Shown here piece by piece: positions 13,180 through 26,062 of a DNA stretch of 64,000 bases. Source of the stretch: Squalus acanthias. Lineage: Eukaryota. Position numbers and translations under genes: made by a program. Position 1 is the stretch's first letter; every line of letters begins with the position of its first letter. Location: positions 148,986,001-149,050,000 of the forward strand of contig CM059428.1 in assembly GCA_030390025.1 (NCBI GenBank), read 5' to 3'. The notes under the pieces were generated by a model. The model did not search any database, had not been told where the DNA came from, and saw only the letters and a program-made list of their open reading frames with translations.

Positions 13180-15379
13180 GAAGCTTATATTATACGACAC
13201 CCAGTGTGAACCCCAAGAGGTGAGAGTGATCCCAGAGGAACCCTGGTTCCAAATGATTCGATGTTGACCCGTAGTGGGGAAAATGCTAGAGTCCATTATA
13301 AAGGATGTAATAGCTGAGCACTTGGAAAACAGTGACAGGATCGGACAAAGTCAACATGGATTTACAAAAGGTAAATCATGCTTGACTAATCTACTGGAAT
13401 TTTTTGAGGATGTAACTGGTAGAATAGATAAGGGAGAACCAGTGGATGTGGGGTATTTGGACTTTGAGAAGGCTTTTGATAAGGTCCCGCATAAGAGATT
13501 AACGTGCAAAGTTAAAGCACATGGGATTGGGGGTAAGGTACTGACTTGGATAGAGAACTGGTTGGCAGACAGGAAGCAAAGAGTTGGAATAAACAGGTCT
13601 TTTTCCGAGTGACAGGCAGTGACTAGTGGGGTACCGCAGGGATCGGTGCTAGGACCCCAGTTATTCACAATATATATTGATCTAGACGACGGAACTAGAT
13701 GTAATATCTCCAAGTTTGCAGACGACACAAAGCTGGGTGGGCGTGTGTGTTGTGAGGAGGATGCAGAGAAACTCCAGTATGATTTGGACAAGTTGGGTGA
13801 TTGGGCAGATGCAGTATAATGTGGATAAATGCGAGGTTATCCACTTTGGTGGCAAAAACAGGAAGGCAGATTATTATCTGAACGGCAATAGATTGGGAAA
13901 AGGGGAAGTGCAACGAGACCTGGGTGTCCTTGTGCACCAGTCGCTGAAGGTAAGCATGCAGGTGCAGCAGGCGGTTAAGAAGGCAAATGGTATGTTGGCC
14001 TTCATAGCGAGAGGATTCGAGTACAGGAGCAAGGATGTCTTGCTGCAGTTGTACAGGGCCTTGGTGAGACCACACCTTGAGTATTGTGTGCAGTTTTGGT
14101 CACCTTATCTGAGGAAGGATGTTCTTGCCATGGAGGGAGTGCAGCGAAGATTCACCAGACTGATACCTGGGATGGCAGGAATGGCATATGAAGAGAGATT
14201 GGGTCGATTTGGCTTATATTCGCTAGAGTTTAGAAGAATGAGAGGGGATCTCATTGAAACTTATAAAATTCTAACAGGACTAGACAGACTAGATGCAGGA
14301 AGGATGTCCCCGATGGCGGGGGAGTCCAGAACCAGGGGTCACAGTCTAAGGATAAGGGGTACGCCATTTAGGACTGAGATGAGGAGGAATTTCTTCACCC
14401 AGAGAGCAGTGAACCTGTGGAATTCTCGACCACAGAAGGCAGTTGAGGCCAATTCATTAAATATATTCAAGAAGGAGTTAGATATATTTCTTAAGGCTAA
14501 GGAGATCAAGGGATATGGGGAGAAAGCAGGGACAGGGTACTGAATTTGGTTGATCAGCCATGATCGCATTGAATGGCGGAGCAGGCTCGAGGGGCCGAAT
14601 GGCCTACTCCTGCTCCTATCTTCTATGTTTCTATGACCCGTACTGGGGGCAGTGATTTAACTTTATTCAGCACAAGCAAGAATACATACATTAATACATT
14701 ACAGTGTTCGAGCAGCAGTTTACAGAGTATAACTGAGACTTATATTACCACTTATACTCTGGGTAGAAGCCGCAACCGTAAGTAAGCTGCACCCTGTGTC
14801 TCTTGTCGCTCATCTCTCCTCGTCTCCTGGGTATCTCTTTGATTACTCCAGAAATCTTTTACTCCAGAAATCTTCTACAATTTGTGGCTGTTAAAACCCC
14901 CTTCTTATACACTTACTCTAATTCAAAACCTATGGAGTCCTCCTGAACCAATCACTGGCTTACATCCCAAACCCAAAATCCAATCATAAGGATGCCACGG
15001 CAGCAGCACCTTAGTTTACGCAGGTTCTAGTTTTGTGACACTCTTGCATTATCTATTTTTGACCATCAAGACTCATATCTGGGGTAGTTATGGCAACACA
15101 AGCGTAACATGTCCCCATAATGTCCTTGCTGTTCATTGTGAGAGGCCTATGTTTTTAATTCACCGCAGATATAACATTCCAACACAGTGGCAGCTGCACC
15201 TGACATTGGTTCCCAGTCTAGCTGACTCTGTTCGACCACGGCAGTCTTCTTTCTCACCCCAGGCTGTCTGGTTACTCACAGACTTTTAATTATAAGCCAA
15301 AAGGGTTACATGTCATATATAATTCAGGTTATCATTGCATATGGTTGATGATTACAGACTTCGACATTTAATTCTTACA
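13180..15379 (-). mobile_element. Probable solo LTR (about 0.8 kb without the CR1 insert), interrupted by a CR1
   Basis: The minus strand starts TGTAAGAATT at 15379, then two CCAAT boxes (ccaatca on plus, about 14948 and 14980), a TATA-like GTATAAGAAGGGGG (about 14897-14910) and AATAAA (about 14662-14667), i.e. U3-R-U5 order. The left boundary and TSD are not clean. Confidence 0.5.
13274..14633 (+). mobile_element. CR1 LINE, 5'-truncated (RT plus 3' UTR), with 9-bp TSD
   Basis: [36 protein letters not shown] and KFADDTK motifs with a stop and frameshifts; ttctatgtttcta tail; TSD tgacccgta at 13265-13273 and 14634-14642. Confidence 0.95.
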
Positions 15380-17121
15380 CACGATTATAAATCCATTACT
15401 GATGATTGTAAGATACTGATAAGATATTAACGATTATAATATATTAAAACAAGTATTCTAAAAACCAACCAATCCATGATAATTACAGTCTAGCTTCCAG
15501 AGGTGGTCTTACACCTTTCCCCCACCGCCACGCCCCCCAGCCCCTACCCACCATTGGACAAACTAAAAGGCCACTAAAGGCAAGGCTGCATGAACATAAA
15601 GAGGATGAGGGCAAATGAATAAATCAGCTCAGTCGGAGAACACTGTAGAAACAAATCACGTTTGGGACAAGATGGGGCTCGGGGCTAAAACAATGCTCGT
15701 TCAGTCCTGGGATCTTGGTTCAAATACAGCCAAACTGACAGGATGGAAGTCTCAATCCAGTTCCAAGTGGGCATGGTTCCACAGCATAAAAACTTCCCAT
15801 ACCCAGCATTATTTGGCACTAAATTTCCAATCTCACTCAGGTACCATAATAAGGATAGCTGTTGTGAAAAATGCAAATTTCAAACTGATGCATTAACGGG
15901 TGCTTCCCTGAGGAGTTATTCAAGTTTTTGCAGCGGAGGAAGTTTTACTCTGAATCTACGCAGTACGACATGATGATGTGTGCAGAAGAAAAATGTTCAT
16001 TTCTATATTCAACGACTTGCATCTCAAATTGATGAGCACAAAACTTCATACATAAAAGACGAAAAATTGATTAACAGCAGAATTCAGAACCAGTTTTCTG
16101 AATTGAGCTAATTAAAATTAGAATTTTAGCTCAATCCAGAAGAACTGCCAGTTTACACAGCAGGCAACAATTTTCTGGTCACATCTGTGAGACAGAACAG
16201 AAAGAACAAGGAAGTGTGATTATAGAAGATAGCTCGGATATGGATCTAGCACTGGCACAAATTCTTATGGGCGAAATGGCCTCCTAATGTGCTGACACGG
16301 CATGACCCTATGGTTCAGCTCCTTTCATGTGTGATAGCAGTTTGGAGGTCACAGCCAATGCCTGTGTGCCTCGATATTTTGAGAGTTGCTGGGACAGTAT
16401 AACCGATATAAAAACAAAACTAAATTTCAGTGGTCTGTCAACATGGTAGGGTCTGTCTTATTGTAGCAGTTTTACAACTGTTATTTCAGTGGTGTTGAGC
16501 TGTCCACTGCCTAATGGACTACCCTTCTGCAGCAGCCGCTTTATCTAGACTCCTCCAGGGAGGAGGTCCCACTCACCAAACTCTCATGCATCTGCACTAA
16601 GTTTCAATTTGCAGACGCACTGAATTTCAGAGACTCTGAAACGGAAGTTCATCTTGATCCAAATACTTACCCCAACTATGAAAAATTCTTGCCCATTTTA
16701 CCTTGCAGCACACTCACATTGACTTCAGCTCCAAACTGGCAGCAGTGCTGCAAAGTAAATGAAGCAGAGCTGCTGTCATCTGATGTGCCAAAATCCACCT
16801 AAAGAGGTAGTCTTTGCCAATACCTCCAGGGGTTGGAACACCTCAGCAACCTGCCTCCAGAAGCAGATGTTGCTGTTTTTTTCCCTGTCAACGGACAGGG
16901 TGAAGATTCAGCCCTCCAAGTGATGTAAGTTACCAACTGCTGCCTTATATGGCTCTACCCAGCCATTGGAGAAGGTACGGCTCAATAAAATTGCAACTTT
17001 CAAACATCCGCTTCTACGTAAGGTTCCCTTATGCAACTGTTTGATGCTGTGGAGTCCATCCCCCCGCCCCCGCCAATATATACAAGGTGTATTCCACAGC
17101 AACAAGAACTTGGATATATTG

Positions 17122-17400
17122 CACAACAACAACAACTTGCATTTATATAGCGCCTTTAATGTAGTAAAACGCCCCAAGGTGCATCACAGGAATATTATCA
17201 AACAGAATTTGACACCTAGCCACATAAGGAGATATTAGGATGGACATCTTGGTCAAAGAGGTAGGTTTTAAGGAGCATCGTAAAGAGAGGCAGAGAGGCT
17301 TAGGGAGGGAATTCCAGAGTTTAGGGCCCAGGTAGCTGAAGGCACGGCCACCAATGAGAAAGCGATTAAAGTCAGGGATGCGCAAGAGACCAGAATTACT
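17122..17400 (-). mobile_element. L2-like LINE 3' end
   Basis: caacaacaacaacttgcatttatatagcgcc... is the reverse of the L2-like tail. Confidence 0.85.
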
Positions 17401-17944
17401 TCTTCTGGAAGCAGCTAACTGGAATGCAGTATTGGCAAACTTTAAAAGTGAACCATGAGGCCAATCACTACGTGCCATCCTTGGTGCCAGTATACTTAAT
17501 CCTGAAGTTATCTACAAATGCTTTTACATTACTGTGCTGCTGTTGCCTCCTGGCATGCAAGACTTGCAGTCAGTGGCACACCCCAGTAGAGACCCATTTG
17601 TTTCATGGATTTCCAACTCTACTGTCAGAGCTGCCTTCCTTGTAGATCCAATTGGCCATCACGAGACCAGTGACAGACTGTGAATATTAAAACAGCGGAG
17701 AGGAGATTTTGGCATCATTCTCCCAAAGCCAATACTGCAGCAGGTCACAATATAAAAGCACCTAATATTTCAACAGCACTTCCTCAGAGGTGCAATAGCT
17801 GGCTGCTCAGTCTTCCATCACAGCTCTACTTATATTTACACACTATAAAAAATTAATTCATGCAAGAGATTTATTAGTAGATGATGAATTTCAAAGCCTT
17901 CTCTAGAAATATTTCTGTTTGGCATTTCTTTACTAAGAGGATAT

Positions 17945-18120
17945 ACTAGGAGGGGTGACTAAAAGCTTGATCAAAGAGGTAGGTTTTAAGGAAGGTCAAA
18001 GGAGAAGAGGTGGAGAGGTTTAGGGAGGGAATTTCAGAGTTTCGGGCCTAGGTGGCTGAAGACATGGCTTCCAATGATGAACTAGTAGATGCGTAAGAGG
18101 CCAGAGTTGGAGGAACACAG
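17945..18120 (-). mobile_element. L2-like fragment
   Basis: aaaagcttgatcaaagaggtaggttttaagg...agggagggaatttcagag matches the other copies. Confidence 0.7.
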
Positions 18121-18189
18121 ATAAGGAAAACACAGGTCAAGAGAAACAGAACACATGCTACACAAACTTCAGTATTATTAGAAAAAGAT

Positions 18190-18480
18190 AGAGAACTTGC
18201 ATTTCTTCAGCACCATCCTAAATCATTTTTACAACCAATTAATTACTTTTGAAGTGCAATGGCTTTGGTTATGTAGATAAACGCTGCAACCAATTATACA
18301 TAACAAAGTGCCAAGAAAAGCACAGGAGATGAATGACCAAATAATCTATTTTTGGTGGTGTTGGGAGAAAGAAGAATGTTGGCCAGGTTCTTCTACAAAG
18401 TATCATGGCATATTTTACATCTCCTCAGCAGCAGACTGGGCCTTGATTTAACATCTCATCTGAAAGGCAGCTACTCCCAA
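18190..18480 (-). mobile_element. tRNA-derived SINE, degenerate
   Basis: agaacttgcattt...tactttttgaagtg...tttaacatctcatctgaaag, the reverse of the SINE body. Confidence 0.6.
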
Positions 18481-18519
18481 CTACACTGTGGAACAATTCG
18501 GGAGCTGAATGGGCTTTTT

Positions 18520-19905
18520 CTTAATTCATTCACGTGATGTGGGCGTCGCTGGCATGGTCAGCATTTATTGTCCATCCCTAATTGTCCTCGAGAAGGTGGT
18601 GGTGAGCCACAGTGCTCAACCGTGTAGGTGGTGTGACTTGGAGGGGAACTTGAAGGTGGTGCTGTTCCCACGCACCTGCTGCCCTTGACCTTCTAGGTGG
18701 TAGAGGTCGCAGGCGCTTTCGAAGAAGCCTTGGCGAGTTGCTGCAGGACATCTTGTAGATAGAACACACTGCAGCCACACTGCGCCAATGGTGGAGGGAG
18801 TGAATGTTTAAAGTGGTGGATGGGGTGCTGATCAAGTGGGCTGCTTGGTCCTGGATGGTGTCAAGCTCCTTGAGTGTTGTTGCAGCTACACTCATCCAGG
18901 AAAGTGGAGAGTATTCCATCGCACTCCTGAATTGTCCATTTTAGATGGTGGCAAGGCTTTGGGGAGTCAGGAGGTGAGTTACTCGCAGCAGAACACCCAG
19001 CCTCTGATCCGCTCTTGTAGCCGCAGTATTTATGTGCCTGGTCCAGTTAAGTTTCTTGTCAATGGTGACCCCCAGGATGTTGACGGTGGTGGATTTGACG
19101 ATGGTAATGCCATTAAATGTCACGGGGAGCTGGTTAGAATCTCTCTTGTTAGAGATAGTCATTGCCTGGCACTTGTGTGGCATGAGTGTTACTTGCCACT
19201 TATCTGCCCAAGCCTGAATGTTGTCCAAGTCTTGCTGCATGCGGTCACGGACTGTTTCATTATCTGAGGTGTTGCAACTGGAACTGAACACTGCGTAATC
19301 ATCAGCGAACATCCCCACTTCTGACCTTATGATAGAAGGAAGGTCATTGATGAAGCAGCTGAAGATGGTTGAGGCTAGGACACTGCCCTGAAAAACTTTT
19401 CCTTTGTGCTAGGTGTGACTCCAGCCAGTGGAGAGTTTTCCCCCTGATTCACATGGGAGTTTGATTTTACTAGGGCTCCTTGATGCCACACTCAGTCAAA
19501 TGCTGCCCTGATGTCAAGGGCAGTCATTCTCACCTCACCTCTGGAATTCGGCTCCTTTGTCCATGTTTGGACCAAGGCTGCAATGAGATCTGGAGCCAAG
19601 TGGTCCTGATGGAACCCAAACTGAGCATCAGTGAGCAGGTTATTGGTAAGTGCCGCTTGATAGCACTGTCGACGACACCTTTCATCACTTTGCTGATGAT
19701 TGAGAGTAGGCTGATGGGGCGGTAATTGGCCGGATTGGATTTGTCCTGCCTTTTGTGGACAGGACATACCTGGCTAATTTTGCACTTTATTGGGTAGATG
19801 CCAGTGTTGTAGCTGTACTGGAACAGCTTGGCTCGAGGCACGGCTAGTTCTGGAGCACAAGTTTTCGCACTGCAGCCGGGATGTTGTCAGGGCCCATAGC
19901 CTTGT
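18520..19905 (-). mobile_element. Non-LTR retrotransposon, second CR1/L2-group lineage, 5'-truncated and degenerate
   Basis: NPANYRPISLLS, QFGFHQDH, ALDIRAAFD, MFADD and QQDLDNIQAWADKWQVT motifs spread over frameshifted ORFs; 3' end gacgcccacatc. Confidence 0.9.
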
Positions 19906-20344
19906 GTACGAATGAACCAATTGGAATCATTCATATGGCAAATTCCCAATCTTGCCAGGTTATTGGGGAGGTTGGAAACTTGAGAGAAACTATCCCATAG
20001 ATTGTGCTAAAACAACTTCCAGTGGTCAGCTACAGGGAGCACTGGCAGACCCTGGGCACAGATCACTTGCTTCTACCCTTAGCAAAGAAATGGTTGTGCC
20101 ACCAAGTGCACCTTAAAGTAAAGAAGAAAAATGAAGTTTAATTGTACAGCATACAGCTGCTTTTACATTGCACATTTTTTTGCAGGTCTTCCAGGGCATT
20201 GGTAATTGCGAATCCCAGCATCTTCACATTTGGTTTGGTTGCATGAGACCCAAGTTTCCAGGAACTGCCAGCATGAACTTAGGTCTCACACAGTATTAAA
20301 ACAGCTTAAGCAAGTAGATGGTGCTTTGACCACAGAAGATGATC

Positions 20345-20595
20345 ATAGAATCATAGACTCATAAAGCACAGAAAGAGGCCATTCAGCCAATTGTGCTTTG
20401 AAAGAGCTACCCAATTAGTTCCATACCCCTGCTCTTTCCCCATTGCCCTGTAATTTGTTTCCCTTCAAGTATTTATCCAATTTGCCATTGAAAGTTATGA
20501 TTGAATCCGTTTCCACCACCCTTTCATGCAGTGCATTCCAGATCATAACAACACACTGCGTAAAAAAAAAATCTCTTCATCACCCCTCTGGTTCT
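20345..20595 (-). mobile_element. CR1 3'-end fragment
   Basis: atcatagaatcatag tail and ggccattcagcc, the reverse of the CR1 3' UTR hairpin region. Confidence 0.8.
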
Positions 20596-22224
20596 CAGAT
20601 AGGCGAGAAACTGTTACAGCAAATAAAGAGATACTGAAATCAATGGAATGAATGTATTGCCAGTGTTTAGGTAGCAGTTCATACTGCCTAAAGTCATCTG
20701 CCTACTCAAGAAATTATTGAAACTGAAGAGACACAAAATGCTTTGCCTCTGCTACCAATGTATATTAAAGTGCCAAATATCAGTGTCCTTAGAATATTTA
20801 GTAATAAGTTAAAGCTGGTTAAACTCTGAAAATGCATCCGTATCATAAGCCATAAAAGCTAATTCATTGTGATTAACTGCAAGGTTAAAACCGTGATAGA
20901 TCAAAAAGCAATCATCTGTAAATAATAGCATTTACTGATGGTGATGATGTTTACTGGCTATGCAAGTTTTGCAATACAAGCTAAATCAAAGCATAAAAGC
21001 TAATGAACTGGAATGTATAGTCTCTGCAAGATAATTAAAAAACAAAGTGAAATATTTGAAGACGTTTACTCTCCTCACAGTGCAAACATTCTTCCTTCAG
21101 TCATATCATAAATGATTATTCAGGAGAAAAAGAAATTTCAGCACAGTAAAGTTGGAACAAATTAAATATACGTTCTTTTAAAGGCTCAACTGCCGTCTCC
21201 AGTCAATATACTTCCTCAGTCGCTGGGAAGATAACTTCACGGCATTAACATCCCCACACCATGGTTCAGCCAACAGGAAATATATTTCCGTACAGGGAAA
21301 CTGGTCTTGCTGCTTTGCTCCTTCCTTGAGATGGAGCGATCTAACAAACAGTACTGCAGTAGTACAATACAGCAAGCTGCTCAGCTGAAAACTCAAACGA
21401 CAAATAACAAGTGTTTGAATGTCAAAGCCTAGAATTTGGAGGAGTATTTAGGTTGGAAACTAGGTACTTTACTATGCAGCAACCTTGAAGTTCAAATAAC
21501 TCCTCGAAGTACATTGCTAATGTGGCACTTTTAAAAGTCTGACAACTACATTAAAAAAAAATACAGTGCAAAAACATCAATTCAAGGATATATTTCCTTC
21601 TATTTTGTTTCTTTCTCAGAAGCTGCCACAGAATGAATCTTAGCCACACTTCTCTCAGTATCTGCTTGACCCCTGTCACCATCCAATAGAATGGCTCACA
21701 TGAAGATAAAGCAACTAGATTCACAGTGCAGGTTATGATTTTGAACAACGGAATTTAGCTTTTAAATTGCTGATATTCTGGTCTGGATTCTCCTCTCATT
21801 GCCAAGGCAGGACTTCCATCCGACAGCCTAACGCTGGTGTAGCCCTGACCCATTTTCCTGGGACAGGTTTATTAAGCATGCTGGACAGGCTCCTGGAGCC
21901 ATCTCCACCACCGAGGTGGAGGCAATTGTGGCAATGCTGCGGTCTGAAAAGGCAGATGTGGTTTAAAAGGGGTACAAGAGCCTTGAAGATGAAGAATGTA
22001 ATTTTTTAAAAAAGAAATCCGGCTTGAGAGGCCCACTTCTAGGCCCTCTATCTCCAGCCAGTGACTTTGGAGCCTTACCGCCACTACCCAGGCCTCACTA
22101 TCACCTTACTTGTGGCGATCCCTGGGGTCGGCAAAGACGTAGTAAGTGGTAGTAAGCAGGGAAATGGGGCAGTTGCCAAGCCCACCACCGTTAGCATTTA
22201 AACAAAACAGTGTTCAGGGGGGGG

Positions 22225-22500
22225 TCAACAAAACCATCCTCTTTGGCTTCCTCAAACACATGCGCCTCTGGTCTCATCTCCATCTGCCGCTGCCATCCTA
22301 AGTTTCGATCAGAGTTGCAGAAGCTTGATCTCAAGTTCAGCTTCACATCCCACTTCCAATCCATGAACAAGATCACTTTCATTCACCTCCACAATATCTC
22401 CACCCTGACCTCTTCTCTCTGCTGCCAAAACTGTAATTTATGCCTTTGTCATCTCACCGTTAGACCTCGTCAGTGCTCTCCTTGCTGGCAGCCCCTCTAA
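22225..22500 (+). mobile_element. L2-like internal fragment, degenerate
   Basis: Resembles 5600-5860 (ccacttccaatccatgaacaagatcactttcattcacctcc). Confidence 0.55.
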
Positions 22501-22539
22501 AATAAGTGAGAGAGCAATTACTGGAAGGAAAATTAAGAG

Positions 22540-23720
22540 TTAATCTGTCGTCAGATTAGAAAGATGAGGGAATATGGAGCCTGTTGGCGTGACAAAAATG
22601 AGAGAGAAGAAGAGGAAATAAGGAAAGAAAATGATGAGGAAGTGTTTGACAAATACATCAGTAAAGAGAGAATTGTTAAATACGAGGGGGGACCCCCGGA
22701 GAGGAAAGGAAAGTTAATTAGCAGAGGATAAGCAGAAACTGGCGAGGACACTTACAAGTACTTTGCATCAGTGTTTACAAAAGAGGATATTGGGGGTGAG
22801 GCAAATCTGAAAAGGTTAAAAGTGACAACAAACGGAAAGTAAAGGAGGACAAAGTGCCAGAATACATGCAAAGATCCTGAGGGAAATTGGGGAAGAAATA
22901 ATGGAAGCCCTAGAAAATATATTTCAGGATTCTATCGCGTGGATGTGTGCTGGAGGACAAAAAGCTAATCTCGATAATTCCAGGCCAGTTAATTTAATAT
23001 CTGTGGTAGGGAAAATATTGGAATCTTTAATTAAAGATAAAATTACTAAATATCTAGATGAAGAGAAAAAAATTAAATGCAGCCAACATGGATTTCAGAA
23101 AGGAAGGTCGTGCTTGACAAACCTGACAAGAGTTCTTTGAGGAGCTAAAAGATATGGTGGATGGGGCAAATTCAGTGGATGTAGTATACATGGATTTTTA
23201 GAAAGCCTTTGACAAGGTATCACACAGGGGACTTCTGAAGAAGATTGAGGGGCATGGAATTAGGGAGAGGGTAATAATTTGGATTAAATCTGGTTAGAAG
23301 GGAGAAACCAGAGTCGAAGTCAGAGGCAATTTCTTTGAGTGGTTGGAGGTGGGTAGCAGTATTTTTTTTTTTATTTGTTCTGGGGATGTGGGCGCCGTTG
23401 TTATTGCCCATCTCTAATTGCCCTTGAGAAGGGTTCTGTTCACTGTGTACAGGGGAAGCTAGATAAGTACATGCGGGAGAAAGGAATAGAAGGTTAGGCT
23501 GATAGGGATAGATGAAGTAGGCTGGGAGAAGGATCGCGTAGAGCATAAACATTGGCATAGACCAGTTGGGCTAAATGGCCTGTTTCTGTGCTGTAATTTC
23601 TATGTAATTCTATGCACATCCATGATTTGGATATAGGGCTAAAGGGGCGTGGTGTCCAAATTTGTGGACAAAACTAGGAAGCACAGTAAATATTTCTGAG
23701 ATGAAAGGAAGTTGCTGGAG
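22540..23720 (+). mobile_element. Old CR1 fragment with nested younger 3'-end inserts (about 23362-23440 minus, about 23440-23615 plus)
   Basis: RPVNLISVVGKILESLIKD and QHGFQKGRSCLTNL motifs, interrupted by a T-run-led LINE tail and a CR1 3' UTR ending ttctatgtaattctatg. Confidence 0.8.
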
Positions 23721-24213
23721 ATATTGATAAAATGGTGCAGCTACTTGTGCACTGTGCCTCTCAAGGTACTGATATCTGTACATTCAGCAGAGCTTTATGC
23801 AAACGGATTCAACAACCACATTGTGATCCACACATTATTTTGAGCAGTGCATCTCATAATTTTCAAAATATCTCTTCAGTGAACATCTCCCGTGGATTTT
23901 TACTGAGCAGAAAGCGAGAAATGAACAAAGCCATAAAACATTCACTGTACCATTGGAACCAAAGATGGCAAACCAGCTAAGTTTTCATTTATACAGTATT
24001 TCGACTGCAGTGCTCCAAGAGTTAATTCGCCATCCCAAAACGTAATGCAAGGGAAAGACAGTACAGAATTACCCTGGAGAGCTGTAAAGAACATTTCCAA
24101 AAATTGCTCATCCCAGCAGCAATTCAGTTGGCAATTTTAAGACTGTGAAAATTGACAAAATATCTCCTAAATCGAAACAATCAACCAATTCGGTCTAAAC
24201 CTGCTTGTTCCTC

Positions 24214-24655
24214 TGTCAAGTGGCTCAGTTGGTAGCACACTCGCCTCTGAGTCAGAAGGTTGTGGGTTCAAGTCCCACTCCAGGGACTTGAACACATAAA
24301 GCTAGGCTGACACTCCAGCGCAGTACTGAGGCAGTGTCGGAGGTGCCGTCTTTCGGATGAGACGTTAAACCGGGGCCCCGTCTGCTCTCTCAGGTGGACG
24401 TAAAAGATCCCACGGCACTATTTCGAAGAAGAGCAGGGGCGTTATCTCCGGTGTCCTGGCCAATATTCATCCCTCAACCAACATAACAAAAACAGATTAT
24501 CTGGTCATCATCACATTGCTGTTTGTGGGAGCTTGCTGTGCATTTCCCATATTACAACAGTGATTCCACTTCAAAAGTACTCCATTGGCTGTAAAGTGCT
24601 TTGAGACGTCCCGTGGTTGCGAAAGGTGCTATATAAATGCAAGTCTTTCTTTTTT
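24214..24655 (+). mobile_element. tRNA-derived SINE, near full length (best-preserved copy)
   Basis: Pol III A box TGGCTCAGTTGG (24221) and B box GGTTCAAGTCC; conserved central core; L2-like tail gctatataaatgcaagtctttctt. The organisation resembles DeuSINE/SacSINE1-type elements (recalled, not searched). Confidence 0.9.
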
Positions 24656-25519
24656 ACCTGTAGCTGCACTATCTCCTCCCTAAAGCTGTAAGTCTTGGCC
24701 TTCTGCAAGTCCCATTAGTTATTCATGGGTACAGCAATGCGTGCACGGACTAGGAATAGGAGAATTTCTTCTGATTTGGCCAGCTGATGCCGAAGTCAAA
24801 TAACTAGCAGCAGCCTGGCAGCACAGAATACTTATGCACGTGAAACATGGCAACTTAGGAAAGGTATTGGAGGGTGGTACCATTCTAAAGCAAGGAATTA
24901 ATAATACCTTCAGGAGGAAAGGAGGGAAGACCATTTGTGGGAGACAAGAAAAAGGAGAATAGTCGATACTGAGGCACTAAGATGCTGTGCCACGGATGGT
25001 GGGATGCAGGTTTTATTTCTCCACTCTGTTGTGTGCTCAACCTGAGTCATGTCCCTTCACACTGGAGAGACAGAAAATCAGCAGGGATTTAAAACAGCAC
25101 AGAGACCCAGGAAAAGAAATAAGTAAAAACTTGGGAGGGAGAAGAGAACAGCCATGTTTTAATTCATGTTCTGTAACCTTTTAGCGTTATTTGTCCTCTA
25201 ACTGAAGAGAACATAATAAACAAACACAGCTGGGATAGAGTCATAAAATGATTAATGGTTTAAAAAATAAATTTACCAGTCTTACATCTCTGTTGTTGTT
25301 GTTGCAAAAATCATGTTCTTTTAGCAGTCACTATTCTTCAATGCTTTGAAGAAGCAGCACTCAAATCGATATAAATTTTATAGCAAATGAATCAGATGTC
25401 TATTTTGGGGTTTACGTCACACTTTACTGTATGCAGCAAGTTCATGTGTCATGCTTTTGACACAGAGTTATCACCTTGCACAGTATCGAGAGTCAGATTA
25501 ACAGCTAACTGGAGTAATT

Positions 25520-25615
25520 AAAGAAAGAAAGAACTCGTATTTATATCGTGCCTTTCACAACCTCAGGGCCCCAAAGTGCTTCACAGCCAATGAAGTATTT
25601 CTGAAGTGCAGGGAA
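25520..25615 (-). mobile_element. SINE 3' tail fragment
   Basis: aagaaagaaagaactcgtatttatatcgtgcctttcacaacctcagg. Confidence 0.65.
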
Positions 25616-26039
25616 GTGAAGTGCAGGGAAACTTGAAATTAGGGCTGATTTCTAGTTGCTAGCAGGGAGCACGTAGCAGGAATTAATGAACTAAATTAAC
25701 AGCTGCACGCCCATGATGTCCCACCATGCTCCCTACTGGGAGCGCAGAGCCCTGTTAAGTTACACACCCTCGTTCCTGATGATTCTGCTGGCCTGTATGG
25801 AATTACCCTGCACATTGGGAAAACAAAAGATGTGATGATGGCATTTAAAGAGCTGCACATGATATAGAATATGCCATCCCAGAGATAAAAAGGGCAAAGG
25901 GCTCCACAGCACCCAGGAGCCCAGCACATAGCTGAAGCATTCAGTGGTTCTGAAATACACAAGGGCCCACGTTTGAGGGAAGTCATTCAAGCTTTAGCTG
26001 AGACACAATGTGGTTTCCACTAGAAGTGCATTAGTCTCC

Positions 26040-26062
26040 CCATTCATTCATTCATTCATTCA
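26040..26062. repeat. (TTCA)n microsatellite
   Basis: cattcattcattcattcattca. Confidence 0.85.

Noticed and set aside
21780-22190. GC-richer segments at about 21780-22190, 32710-33160 and 36705-36875 as further MITEs
   Set aside because: They look like decayed DNA-transposon relics, but I could not define convincing TIR/TSD pairs by eye.
24214-24290. tRNA gene
   Set aside because: The A and B boxes continue directly into a repeated SINE body and tail; no proper acceptor stem was seen.
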